DNA from: Tubiluchus corallicola
Lineage: Eukaryota > Animalia > Priapulida
NCBI GenBank assembly: GCA_030141605.1
Contig: JAQGDQ010000200.1
Coordinates: 124,001 to 188,000, forward strand
Direction of reading: 5' to 3'
DNA length: 64,000 nt
Shown: positions 41,201-54,300 of the stretch, in pieces
How the letters are laid out: each line of letters opens with the position of its first letter
Numbering within the stretch: position 1 is the first letter of the stretch
Program-made: the position numbers and the translations under genes
Notes under the pieces: generated by a model
The model's input: only the letters and a program-made list of their open reading frames with translations
What the model was told of the DNA's origin: nothing
Databases searched by the model: none

Positions 41201-44200
41201 ATCTGGGTAGTTCTTATAATATTCTTAAGGTTTCCTAATGTTACTGAATTCATGTATATTGTTCACCAAGTCAAATACGCTGCATTTTCACAAAAAATGC
41301 TCAAATCCGCGAATATCTTCATACATTTTAAATTGGGGAAACGATGGTTTCAGCAGGACTGTGGTGTTTCTTCGTCTGCACATGTCTGTGGAAATTTGGG
41401 CAGGTTTTGCCAGTGCCTGTCACAATATGTGTAGCTCTGTGAGTGCTTGTACATGTTTGTCGTAATTTGCACGTTCACATATGTGAGTGTCTTCGTATGT
41501 GTTAGGTCTAACCTCTATGGGTTTGGATTTGGTAAACATTCATTTGAATGTTGTGTGTTTGTGTTGAAATTATGGCATTGTTATTTGCTTATTATCGTTC
41601 TACTTCTATAAAAATGCTTTTAGTAATACTTTTTATAAAGTTTGGCACATTGCAAGCCAAAAAACAAAATCGACACTCAAAGGCAAAGCCTCTTTAATGC
41701 GATGTTCATGGCTGAGTCACTATAAAGGATATTCCTCACTGAGCTCGCAGAGGTGTCTCAACCACGTTTCAGATGTATATTCATGCATGGAATTGTGCAT
41801 ACTTAACCACTTAGCCATGGACGTGTCACAGCTATCTGATTAAATATTTAGAACTTTGTTTAAAAACATTTTTGGTTTCATTAAATTATCCGAAAAGTTT
41901 TATACTTTTCTAGGTCGTTGAGAAAATTGGACTTCACAAGTTTTATGAATGAATCCACTTTTTCGTCGACATCAGTAAAAGACGGCAGTAGTGAAGCTTA
42001 CAGACTGGCTGTAAGAGGCTTGCAAATACTTGAGGAAGACTCATGTCGTGGTGTTGCAAAAACTTTACATAGTGTGTACACGTCTAGTCAAATATGTCAT
42101 AGCCTTGGTGCTCTCTACCTCCTGCCACTCATAGAGCAGCAGCTAACAAATTGCGCGAATCATATTCAGAACTTTTTGCAAACGTGTTCTCCGGCAGCCA
42201 CATCTAGTTCTGATTCTGGTGGTTCATCATCTCTGACAAAGTCTAGCAGTTTAGAGTCTGGTTCACCTGACATGTCAAATGTTAGTCCCGTTGGTGGTGC
42301 GTTACTTGCAAGTAGCATGGAACACAGCGCACTGGCAGCTTTGCATGAGCTGGCTGTTCTGTTTGACACGAGTTCGCATGTATCTGACTGGGTACTGGAT
42401 GGAGCATCTAGCACTTCAGTAAGTTTATAATTCGTAATTTGTTAAATTTGTCATCAGGCTATGATGCAAGATAACTAACTATAAATTTATTACTGTTTAA
42501 TTTTATTCTACTATTGTAGCTGACATTAAGCTGTGCTGCTGAAATTATTGTTTAACTTTGCTTAGTCTTTTCATATGCCTGTTTTGTATTCTGTGTTTAC
42601 TTTCAAAAGACGTATATGTTTATCTACCTGCGCATTAAGCTTGCACTTGATAGCTAAAGTTGTACAAATTGGATCGTTATGGCAATCTGCTTATAAAACA
42701 TTGGTGTGAGTCTATTCATTTTGCTTTTTGCTGTAATGTATTTTGGGCTTCATCACCTGACCAGAGTGTGCTATTAACTTGACTCTTTAGGTAATTTAAT
42801 TTTTTATTACATTTGACAGGAAGATAAAGCAAATATGGAGCCTGAGTATGCAAGACTTCCAGACATGTTAACGAGCTGCAATGTTTTAATTAAATTAATG
42901 CAGCTAGCAGAGCCGCACTTTCACGGAGTAAGTCAGTGTCCTTCTTATTTTTTGAAGTACGTGCGATGAAAATTGGTTGTCAATAAATTGATCATATCTC
43001 GGACAAAAATAAAATCTAGTGGCCACCCTGTAGGATTCGACAGTCAAAAGATATAGAAAATTTTGCTGCTCGTGGCACGACTCTCAAGTTCTAGGATGGG
43101 CATTTTTGTATAGTACGTACTTTTACTCCATTATTATAAGATATGTAGGATATTTTATGGCTATCATTGTTAAACGAATTTTGCTGGCCTTCCCCACCCA
43201 AAGGTTTTTCTGATCCGTTGCTATTTTTAGAAGTTTTTGTTTTTTCGTAAGCCTACTTGCTTATTTTTTCTGTATAATGCATTAGTCGTGGCATAGAATA
43301 CAGCTAAAGCAAGCATAAAATTGTGTTATTTTTTTATTAGAAATTATAGGTGCACTTTTTTAAAATAAGAAGTTATGTTCTTGTAAGAAAAAATCTCTAA
43401 AAAAAATTGGATAAACCCAACACATAAACCCATATTACATCATAATATGAAATACAAAAATGAGTACATATAATGCAATGTGGTTCTTCGTCTAGAAGAA
43501 AACATGTGAAGTTCGTTGTGGGAACAGCTCTGTTCTAGACTTATTTGTAAGTTGTTGGCACAAACGATTTTCCGTATCTTTCATCCTATACATCATGAAC
43601 TTTCTGTTAACTGGGTGAAGTTCTGCTCGATCTATTATTTATCACAGACTATAGCATGTAATGGACATTTTGGATTTTGTTCTGATGTAAGAATAGTAGT
43701 GATAATAATATCATAATAATACAGCGTATTTATCTCAGCCCTGCTATCTTTTACTCCTTAACTTCAATTTCACTCCTTTGGCGTGATTTGTTCATTTCAT
43801 TGTTTTGCATAAATCACTCAGAAATTCAAGCGTTCGACAGCAATGAAAGCTAGTAATGAGAACAATGCTTCATAAGTTATCATCATTTTGTGTATTGTTG
43901 ATGAGCAATGTAAAACAATACATATTTTTCAGAAAGAACTATTGTTTCCTAGGATTGTTGAGGCAGCACTTTCTACACTCACCATATTAAGTCATGTGGC
44001 TTTGGTTGATAAAATTGACAGGTGAAAGGAAAATTTATTTATGTACGCCATAAAACGCAATTTTGAATCTAGATGTTGCAGACAGAAAAAATGTGAAAAT
44101 CAAACCTGAATCTAGATTTAAACCACATACCTATAATGTCTTACATGTAGACCATAAGTGCACTCAGGTGTGAAAAAAATGAACCTGATGCTGGATTTGT

Positions 44201-47200
44201 ACCAGAAACTTTGTGAGGTTCAATCTCATTGCCTTAGACGAGGAGACTGCTCTGTCTTATGTGACTAAACCTGGTTCAGAATGAAGTAATTTCTTCCACA
44301 TCTTGTTGGGATTAATTTCTACTTAATCAGAAATTGTCTTCATCACAGAGAACTGACTGGTCTAGTTTGCTTGTATCTCAGAAATCTTAGTTGAAATCTT
44401 GCTTCAGTTACGTTTTTCAGCATTTCTTTTTTCTGCTTATTGCCTCAAAAAATCATTAAATTGTCGGTTATTTCCAACATTGCTTAACGATTTTGTTTTC
44501 AAATTATATGCGACTAATGAGTTGTTTAACTATGAAAATTGTAGCTACTAAGTATATTGATGGAACAGCATGTATTTGTTGATACATATAAAATGAAACT
44601 TGCAGGGTTCTTAGTTAAAGTATAGCATAATGCCATGTTTATATTTTTGAATTGAGTAGTTTGCCTTTGATCTACATCAATGTCTGTAGAACATTAATTT
44701 TTGCTGCAGACTGACTCCCATATTAGCAGGTGGAACATTGTGTTCGTGCCTCAACATCGACGGCCATACCGAAATCATCTTTCAGACAGTACAGCTTTTG
44801 ACAGGACTAGCAGCATCAGAGGCAGCTCTAACTGCAATGTGCAACAAATCAGGTACTAGTGTAAAAAATGAAAACTTATTTAATGATGTGCATCTAATCA
44901 TTTATTGATCACAATTGTTTTAATGTTTCCAGTTTTTATTTGTCCAAGTTTGTTTGCAAGAAATGCAAATGAGTTTTGCTTCATGTAAAAATTTCTTCAA
45001 ATTTCAAGAAATTTTCATGCCTTGCTAAAGATGCAAGACATGATTTACATTTTTTGATGCAGGACATCAAAAGTCTTATATTTTGCACATTATTTTAGCA
45101 GTTTTTAAATAGTTTCTTTTGTTTTTTTATAATTGCAATGCTCTGCAAACAAGAATATCCAGCACCTAGTAGCAGAGCCTTCACAAAGTTGGTTTTTGTG
45201 GCAAGACTGAAATCTGGCTCATTATCAAGCTTAAGCATGTTAGATAAGCCACTAAATCAGCAGCGACATCTTAGCGATGTTCAGATGTACATAATCCTTC
45301 CTCTGCGAGGTAAACAGCCAGAATCAGCATGGCAAACGAAAACTGTCAGAGCGAATGTCACTAAACTTTGGTTGTGAAGCACGTGTGTGACTAGTCGGTC
45401 ATGCCAAATTTATTGCTGTAAACTACTGTAAATACTTAATTCAGTCTTATTAAAAATACAATACGTAGCTTTACCCTTCTTTCTTTTTTTGCCACCAGAT
45501 CTGTTTTTAATTTTGTTTGCAGATACTTGCAGTTTACATGCACTGTATTGTTGCTGTATTAACCCCACAAAGTCTTTGGATTGTGCTGAATTTGCACAAC
45601 TAGTGTTGGAGTTTCTATCGAGTACTTTGTTTAGTCATTGTACTGCACCAAACTTTCTGCTTCATAATGGTTGTCAATACTGTAGTCCTGAAGTAAGTAC
45701 AGTTAATAAAACTCGATTACACCTGCTTGTTAGCAGCAGCTAGTATTACTGAATATCTTTCTAATACTGTTTAGTAATTTGGCTTGCTAACTTGCTATAA
45801 TTGTTTACCCACTATTTTCAGATGTATTAGCCAAATAAGATGTTTTCTTGCAAAAATTGTTTAACGTTAAGCGACGTTTACAATACCACAAATAGTCTGA
45901 GTTGGCCCTAGGTTTCACAAAATCTGATAATATAGAACTTTTGTATAAGCATATTTTTGTCTCTTGTTTACATGTTCCACTAGAAAATAATAGTTTGGTA
46001 TCACATTCATAACAATAGTTTTGACGTGCAACTATAAGATGAGGGTTTTAAATTGTGAGAATTCCACAGCAGCCATCATTGTATTAGTGACATTTGACAG
46101 CACAATGCCAAAGTTGCTCTGTTGTAAATTTGTGTCCTACAAAAAATGTCAGTAATACAATGATGTGTAGAGCTAGTGATTCAACAGTTACACTGTGAAA
46201 TTGTAGCATAGTTGCTACCAGTTTAAATATATATTTTTAGCCTTGCTACGTCATGGTATTTAATATAAAGATAACAAAGACACTTTTTGCTTAGATTGGT
46301 CAAGCTGTAGTTTTGTTGTTACACCGAGAGCGATATCGGGAGTCTCCTAGTGTTTCTGTCTTACAGCTTGGTCTCACTGTTTTATCTATTCTTTGCAATC
46401 ACGATGCTGATGTTCAGGTGTGTAATTTATGTATTAGTGCTCTGTTATAGATTCCATGGTTGAGTTTATTCAATCTTTGCAGTAGTTTACATAAATAACA
46501 ATAAACACCCCTGCAATATTGCAGCACCTGAGTTAATGGCACGTTCATTGTTGTGCTTGTTCTTCCATCAGTGGTCATTTGTTTTGTATTTATTGGTCAA
46601 TCTGTTCATCACAACAACATTATGCATGTCCCTATTAAATGAAGACCTGCCTCTGGTATTATTTACTCAGCATTATAGTGCTGTTATTTTGGTAGCTTAC
46701 AGCCTTGATGAAAATTTATTTATTCACGTGATTGTTTATTTTATCTTATATTGTTATTTATAGTACTAGAGTTAATACCTACAAAAATTATTAATGGTCC
46801 AATACTAAGTTCGTGTGGCTTTTGGACCTGGTGCCGTTTTTTTGTGATTAATAAAGAATAAAACTGCCAGATGCAGGTTTTCTCTTAGTGTAAAACTTGT
46901 TTAACAACAGGAACGATTCAAATATGTTGGAGCGGAATACAGAACACTGATAACTGCATGCAGTCGTGATACAAACCTTGGCAGCCTCCCAGAAATCAAT
47001 GGTAAATTTATAACTTGAAAATACTAGAAAAACAAATATATTTTTATTTTGCAACTAGTAAATAAGCCTTACTTAGAATTGAGTTTTTCCTATAAAACAC
47101 AATCATGAGTTTCTTCACTTCTATAAAACATAACTTTTTTTCTGATAGATTTGTTAATCTGGATATGCAAGTATAGTATAATAGTTGGTTTAGCTATTAT

Positions 47201-47308
47201 TTTGCATGCAAATTATTAATTGGTGCTGTTAACTGATCTGTTGCAGTTCTTCGGGAACTCTGGGAAGATGATGATGCAACAGATTCAGAACCGATGTCCA
47301 TTCCTTGA
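35234..47308 (+). CDS. ATRIP: ATR-interacting protein, 15 coding exons, about 735 aa
   Basis: Phase-consistent GT-AG exons: 35234-35368, 36527-36667, 37723-37824, 38948-39089, 39517-39678, 40513-40605, 40804-40945, 41914-42418, 42820-42927, 43933-44021, 44710-44852, 45523-45692, 46295-46417, 46911-47001, 47247-47308 (TGA). Acidic N-terminus (DDDFENEELL), coiled coil with EGETQILRD and TELQFK, then FPSSRSF, QGCTVLMSLL, EAYRLAVRGL, GALYLLPLI, MCNKSDTCSLHALY, CQYCSPE and LLLHR, in the same order as motifs I recall from vertebrate ATRIP. AATAAA near 47516. Confidence 0.9.
41690..41822 (-). mobile_element. tRNA-derived SINE head
   Basis: Minus strand has A-box TGGCTAAGTGGTTAA and degenerate B-box GTGGTTGAGAC. 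Confidence 0.45.
44095..44260 (-). mobile_element. Degenerate tRNA-derived SINE head(s), possibly two in tandem
   Basis: Minus strand has GTCTAAGGC and CTGGTACAAATCCAG, then a second GTGGTTTAAATCTAG...CAGGTT block. Confidence 0.35.
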
Positions 47309-48027
47309 CAGATTTCACAAATCTGGGCAACGTAAGAATCTTTAGGTCCATTTATGTGCACAACTTGCTGCTCATGTAGAATGAATTTTTACTGTTGCAT
47401 GTTAATTGTTTTTTTATACATCAAGATTTTTTCAGATAAAATCTTTTTAATGTACTGCGATTGTTAATTGCGTAACATTCTTATTGTATTTGTTGTTTCT
47501 TATATTTTTTGATATAATAAAATTTATTTTTATGTCTTTTGCTGATGTGAAAGTTTGCAAAATATACCTTTGAAGAGTATGGACATAGCTGAGTTTATTA
47601 CTAGTTCTGGTCTTCAACAGAAAGAAAAAAGCAGTTCAAGAAATGAGCATCATCATAATTTTATTAATTTTTCACATTTTACATAAATGTAAAATTTTGT
47701 ATACTTGATTCTAAAATTCACAATTTTACATAAAAAGCATACCTGATCGTATATTTGGAGACCGAACTTTTTATTGCAGGGTTGAAAAGAATCTCCACTT
47801 TTCTTATCTAAAGGTACACCCATGCACAATGTCATTACGAAATTATCATCATTGTCAAATTTTGATAATTTGCAGAAAGCACTTTGCCAATTTTTGCCTT
47901 TAAGATTATGCATTGCTGGAATAGCCTGCTGTATGACAAGACCGCTCTCTAACAAGATGACCAGTAAAATTAACAAATCAGTCAAGAAACCTGCCATACA
48001 TATTTGCCATTTCTGTCTACAATTTTA

Positions 48028-48039
48028 GCCACCTGGCGG
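48028..48039 (-). promoter_or_regulatory. CTCF consensus site between the convergent ATRIP and MOV10 3' ends
   Basis: Minus strand reads CCGCCAGGTGGC, matching the CTCF core CCRCYAGRKGGC, in otherwise AT-rich DNA. Confidence 0.45.
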
Positions 48040-48364
48040 TAAAACAAATGAAGCATTCACAAAATTAAGGCTAAGAATTAGATTACTGCAATAACAACAA
48101 GAATGAATGCTGGATAAGAATTCTTAAGGTTTGCTAGCTTAATTGTATATAATATATATCTCTAAGGGGGAGACCTACACGATAAACTTTGTGTAAAAAG
48201 ATTAAAACCTAAAAATCAAGATTCTCTTAAAAATAATACAAGGAAAACCTAACATTATTCTGTCGCGGCAAATAAAACTTATTTCTAATCACGTTGCCTT
48301 AATTTATGCAAGTTAAAAATTAATCTGCAGAGAAAAACAATGTCATAAAAATGATCTTGTGGAA

Positions 48365-51300
48365 CTAGGCTTCGTCACGCCACTGAGGTTCCTCTTGTAG
48401 AGTTTTCATAGAGATAGTCGAGGTTGGGAACAGCTTACCTAAATTGTGAATACAAAACTACAGTTTCAGAGGCAATCGACACAAACCTTTTTACAATATT
48501 TTGAATTTTGTCAGTGCACTGCTTTTAGATTTTAATAGTTGGACATTTTCTTTTAAAACGTCTACAATCACAAAATTGACAATCTTTGTTTAGGGTCACT
48601 TGCTTAAGAAGTAATTCTCTCAACCTGTCGTTCAAGTAATATGGCAAAACCAATTTACTCGTCGCGAAGCAGCTGATATAAAGATTTGGATTTATGACAA
48701 CCGTAAGCATCTTCGGATCTGTTTATAACTTTAGCCTACATAAAGTAGTGTATGTACTTTCTATGGACAGAGAAAAACATAGAACACAGGATAGAAAACA
48801 AGAAAAATGGTGTCCATGTGCACTAGAGATAAACAAACAATAGAAAACAGAAATATTGTTTTGCGAGCACTCCTTGATTCGCGAAAAAATAAACATACTT
48901 TGTCTGCTATGTGCGTTAATTGTTTCACAAAATGCTTAACAACTGGGAAAAGACACCCAAATTAGTAACTGAAAACAATGACATGAAACAGAATTTGCTT
49001 TTGTTTCTCGTTTGAGCGGGATGTTCATTCCATGTAAGTGTTCAGTAGGGAAACCATGAAATGATTGCAAAATAAGTCAAAACAAATTCTTCTAATCTCC
49101 GCGTGCACTATGTATTATGGTAAAAGCAAGTGATGTGCAAGAAAAGAGGTGAAATGGTAACTTGCTTATAGTAGACAGATAATCATTTACTAACACACAA
49201 AACGTCAAGTACTGGCGGCTTCACGGTAAAATGATATAAGTAAATAAATATCCTTGGGATGTTTTTGTACCCGATTTACCTGAGGGCTAAACAAACTTAA
49301 AATCAAGCAAACATTAAGAGCACTGGTAAACAGTTAAACTACACGTATACAAACTTAACAAACAATTTAAAAGCTGTAAACATGAGGTGTAAAGATGGTT
49401 CCAAATAATATTTTACAAAAACTACAAACCATCGGCAGTCAAACAAGTGTAGAACAAAGCCTTTTTCTAATGCTCAGTTTTTGTTTAAGGGATTTGTTAT
49501 GGCAAAAGATCTTTGTTTTTTCATAGTTTAATTAATGAGATCTCTTTACATACCAAAAATAACTTGTTAACTTCTTTTTCTTGTCCGCTAGCTAATGATT
49601 TTAATTTATAGTATGCCATGAATTTTTCATAGGATGAATTACCATTAATGATTGATAGTGCAATGAAGCACTGGTTTTTTCCTATGCTATTGATGTCCTT
49701 TACAGTGAGCTTATTCAGTGCGGACCACCGGACAGGTGCACTCCGAAACAAATTTAGAGGTTCTTCGGCAGCAGAAAAAAATCTGTAAAGTGTCTTCCAT
49801 AGTTAACAAGTCGCGAGCTTCGTTTTGATTCCATTTTTGAACCACCTGACAGGTACACTCCGAAACAAATTTAGAGGTTCTTCGGCAGCAGAAAAAAATC
49901 TGTAAACTGTCTTCCATTGTTAACAAGTCTCGAGTTTGTTTCAATTGCATTTCTGAACTATATTATACTATAAGCTTTACAAATGTTTTTGCTTGTTTAA
50001 TCAGAACTATAGTAATAACCTACCAAGACTGATTTGCAATTCTGACAACCCAGTGAGAATTCTGTCTAGGCTACTCTTCAGGCTGTCCTCGATTCTAACA
50101 CCCCGGTAACCGCCATTATCCACACAGTGCTGCAGTAACCTGTAAGTTTTCAAGCAGAGAAGATGCATTTGTGAAACTGACACACAAGACTAACAAGAGC
50201 TTGAAGCACAGCAGCATCGGGTGGCAGAAAACTTGACATTTCTCCGAAAAGCATCAATTTTAAACATATTCTCTCTCATATAAAAAACCAAATTTCTCAC
50301 CTTTTTCTAAAACGAAAGTTGGAAAATTTTGTTCAGCATATCAAAAATCAAAACCCTTCAGATTTCGGCATAACTCCGATACTTTCGTACTCCCAGACCC
50401 TGGGGAGCAGTCAGACACTGATTTTTTTGATAAATAAGCCATTATCATAAACAAAAAAGATTTCTATATCTCAGATGAGATTAAAACCATTCAAAAGAGG
50501 AGGAAAAGTCTCTCCAATGCACTAAAAGATGACACTAATTTCCCAAGTTTGACAGATCTCAGTCATACACCTTGCAGTGCAGTGAAAAGCGGTTTAGGTG
50601 AAAAGTTTTTCGCAGCTGATTCAAGTCATTCACACACTCAATTTCAAGGTTATTTGGTGACTGTTGCTCTGTGCCAATCATAACAACTTTATCAGAGCAA
50701 ATTAGCTAATTTGTTTTGTTTTTGCTGAGACGAACATGTAGAATATAAATTCAAGCTCCATGAAGCATCAATAATGCATTGGAAAAAATGTCTTCTGGAG
50801 ATTAAATAGCTTGTCATTTTTCTAGACCAATATAGTGCTATTTAGATAACACCCTGTTTTGTGCTTTTTGGCAAGCTGAAGTGTTTTTTCCTTCTGCACA
50901 TAAATCCATCCCTATCAAAGATTGCCAATTGAATATTAACTAATTACGTGTTTTTTTAACAATTGCATACATGTAATGTGTTGTAAAACTTCATAAAAAC
51001 AAAAATGTGAATTATGCTGTTTGCTCACAAAGTCAGTAGTATTGCTGCTGTACAATATTCTGTACTGTACCAGAAATGAGTATAAACGTCATACACGGTA
51101 TACTGGCCGGTAATTTAAAACACATACCGGATGATCCGGCCTATCACTACATTTCCAAATGCAGAATTTTATTCACTATAGCTGGCAGTTTATTAAACAT
51201 ATTGGAAACACGTGACATGCATAATAAAAGTGATATTTTCATTTCTGAAATAAAAAATCACCTAATCCTAATTCCTAAAGACAATCGAATCGAGACTACG

Positions 51301-54300
51301 GAATCCAGACAATTCAAAGTGGCTTCAGATGGAGTTATATTCAGCAGCAGACTGTAAAATTTGTTACTGAGATGGAGTTTCTATTGCAAGTTAAAAAGGC
51401 ATTCAAAACTTACGCATTCCAGTAGGGATCACTGGACAACATGTTTGGATTTCCTACTACAATCAGTAGAGCTTTTGCACGGGTTACTGCAACATTGAAC
51501 CTCTAAAAAACAAGATGTCTATTTTAAGCAGCCAATTTTTTTTGGTAGACTGTTTAAGAAATTGAAAGTTTAAAAATTATGATTACGGGTACTACCCTGA
51601 TCATTAATATGCATTTAGACTAGGCACAAGCGTCATTTTTTGCTAATGCGAGAAAAGGAATGCAACTTATCGACTAGACACTGCAGTTTATTTACCATTA
51701 ATAAGCTATAGTCAAACATCGTTATAATGCCAACCTCACTTAATGCCCACATTTTTAGGAAACCGCGTTGTAATCCAAATAATAATCGTTGCAGTCCAAA
51801 GTAGGCAGTACATTGAGCTTCGACTGTATTATATATTATATAAACGAAGTTACTACATTTCAAATAAGGGCAGAGAATCACTGGGCTTCTCTTCTTTCAC
51901 AGCTGAACGATCATTGTTTGTTAAAACCACTTTTTCTATGTCTTTATTCTATTATTTGCAGAAATTTTCCTCTAAACTACTTAAACAGCAGACCACTAGT
52001 GCTTGTGATATGTTAATAAGTAAAGATGTGCAAACAGGAAGAATGGTTTATTCTTGCCATTCTTAAATTTAGACTACCTCTCAACTGCTGTATTGGTGTA
52101 TTATTTTTGTAGCTTCACCGGTATTTCTGACTCTTGTGTTTAAATTCTAACTAGTTAATATATAAATATATGGTGCCATTCAGGCTGAAAGCACCATAAT
52201 GTGCATCGAATTCCAACAGTCAAGATCTCAGGTGGAAAATAAACTTTGTTCACGTGGTCAAATGCAAAACAAAGAGCATATTTTGGAAAAATGTCATAGA
52301 ACGAGTCATTTAAGAACTCAGTTTAGTCTTAATAATGTTGCTAATATACACAAATTAATGAACTTGGAAGACCATAAAAGGTGCATGCATCTGCTTACTG
52401 TGCATCAAATAAATACCAAAGGTTTATGAGATGCAAGCATGTTTGTGCCGCATGGTAACTATCTAATGGTTTGGCTCCACTAGTTTTCTTGTTAACCCTA
52501 TTTTATTTTTGCTAGGAACATGAAACATGAGCTGTTACATGAAAGGAGGTGTTCAGTAGACTATTTGTTTCGCCTCAAACTAGCTGTAACTTTCATGCAC
52601 TTGCAATTTATTTACAGTTGCAAATGTCAATAAATGTCTACCTATCCACTGCTTAAATAGTGAAATCAGATTAGAAGATGGATTCATCTTAAAAATTTCA
52701 TTGTAATGCGACTTGAGTGGAAATAGCAAGTATTTCTATTTATGAACAAAAGAGAAAACTTTACCTTTGGACTGCGCAAGAATCCAAGCTTATAGGTTCT
52801 GTCCTCGTCCAAAAACTGAACAGAACTTCTTACAGTGGAAATGATCACGACTCGGCGTTCCTGACCCTGGAACTCTTCCACAGATGCGACGTCTATGTCA
52901 CAGATTCGTTTCTTCTCAAGAAGTTTCCGGATTTTTTCCACCTGATGTGAAGTAATTTATTAAATGGCGCTAACATCACCATCATTAAACATACATAAAC
53001 ACTTGTTGGGTTTTACACACATCCTCAGTTTTATTGCTGGGTGCAAGTTCTATTCACAGTTGAAACTCATCACGTTGGGGCACAAAGGCAAAGAGTAACT
53101 GTACAGAACAATTTATTACACCAAAATAGTGCCGAATCGGTAAAGAACTACCACACTCAATATTTAGTGTAATCCTTGCATGTCTGATAAGCCTGCAAAC
53201 TTCAGAGGTATGATTGGAGCAACTCGAAGAACTCAAGCTCTTCCAACACACGAACAAATGTTTTACAAGTTTATTTGACGAATATCAATCAACACGCATT
53301 CTTGGATCATCTTAGCCTGCTAAGCTGTCTTTCAGGACAGCTCTAATGTGTTCACTGGGGTGTCCACCGAGGTCTGGTGAATTTCGATGCCATTCCGTTT
53401 AACCGAAAAATTAATCCCAAAGTTAAAGGTTCCGATCACACCTCAAAACTGTAGGCTGCAAGGCTTTCTCTCTACATACGGCGGGCAAGACAGATTCTCC
53501 ATTGTTTCAGCTACACACTTTAATGTAATAAATTTGTCTGAGTTGTTCCTTACTGTTTTTTGTAGCACTTAGTAATAGGTTAAGCACCCACCTATAGGAT
53601 TATGAGAACCTTTCACATGTTGAATGCAAAATGAAAACATGTTTGAGACCTTTCAATGCCAATAAGTATGACTCACATATGAACATTGACCCACATATGA
53701 CCTTAATGAGTTACGGCCATACTTCACCAAGTTATATATTTATAATAGTCCTACTTGGTTTACTTTTTGGCTTCTTCAACGATACATAATCTACAGCCTA
53801 TTAAATAACGACAACACCATATTACACCCTTTTTATGCCACTTACATTGAATTACATTGATCTTCCAGTAACTTATAAACTGTGCAGGTAGGTGGAACAT
53901 AACTTCTTGCTGGGGGGAACAGAAGCCATGAATAAAAGAACAGACAAATTTTTTATAGCAAAGCATTGCTGAAGCAATTGCAAATCTATTATGCCCTTAC
54001 CACTTAACCTGTAAGCTATAGGTGTCTCACGGAGCGTCCATTCTTGAAGGTTATGACCACAGCTACGACTCGCTGAACTCGGAAGATCCTCAACAACTTA
54101 CAGATGTGTTTCAAATTAGTCTAATGAATACAAGTCAATAACATGTTCTTGGCTTGAGTAATCTAAGCACCCACTTTGTTTTTCAGAATAGTTCCAATGT
54201 GTTTTAGGACTGATATCTGCCGAATTTCCATCCCATTTAGTTCTGCCCCCAAAAAATTATATGCAGTTTTCAAGTGACCGCTCCAATCATAGACTTGCAG

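Noticed and set aside
48660-48718. Possible phase-1 cassette exon in the last MOV10 intron ([14 protein letters not shown]...)
   Set aside because: Weak polypyrimidine tract and weak donor; no recognisable MOV10 similarity.
54020-54100. Possible 5S rRNA-derived (SINE3-like) fragment on the minus strand
   Set aside because: Similarity to the 5S internal promoter is too degenerate to support by eye.
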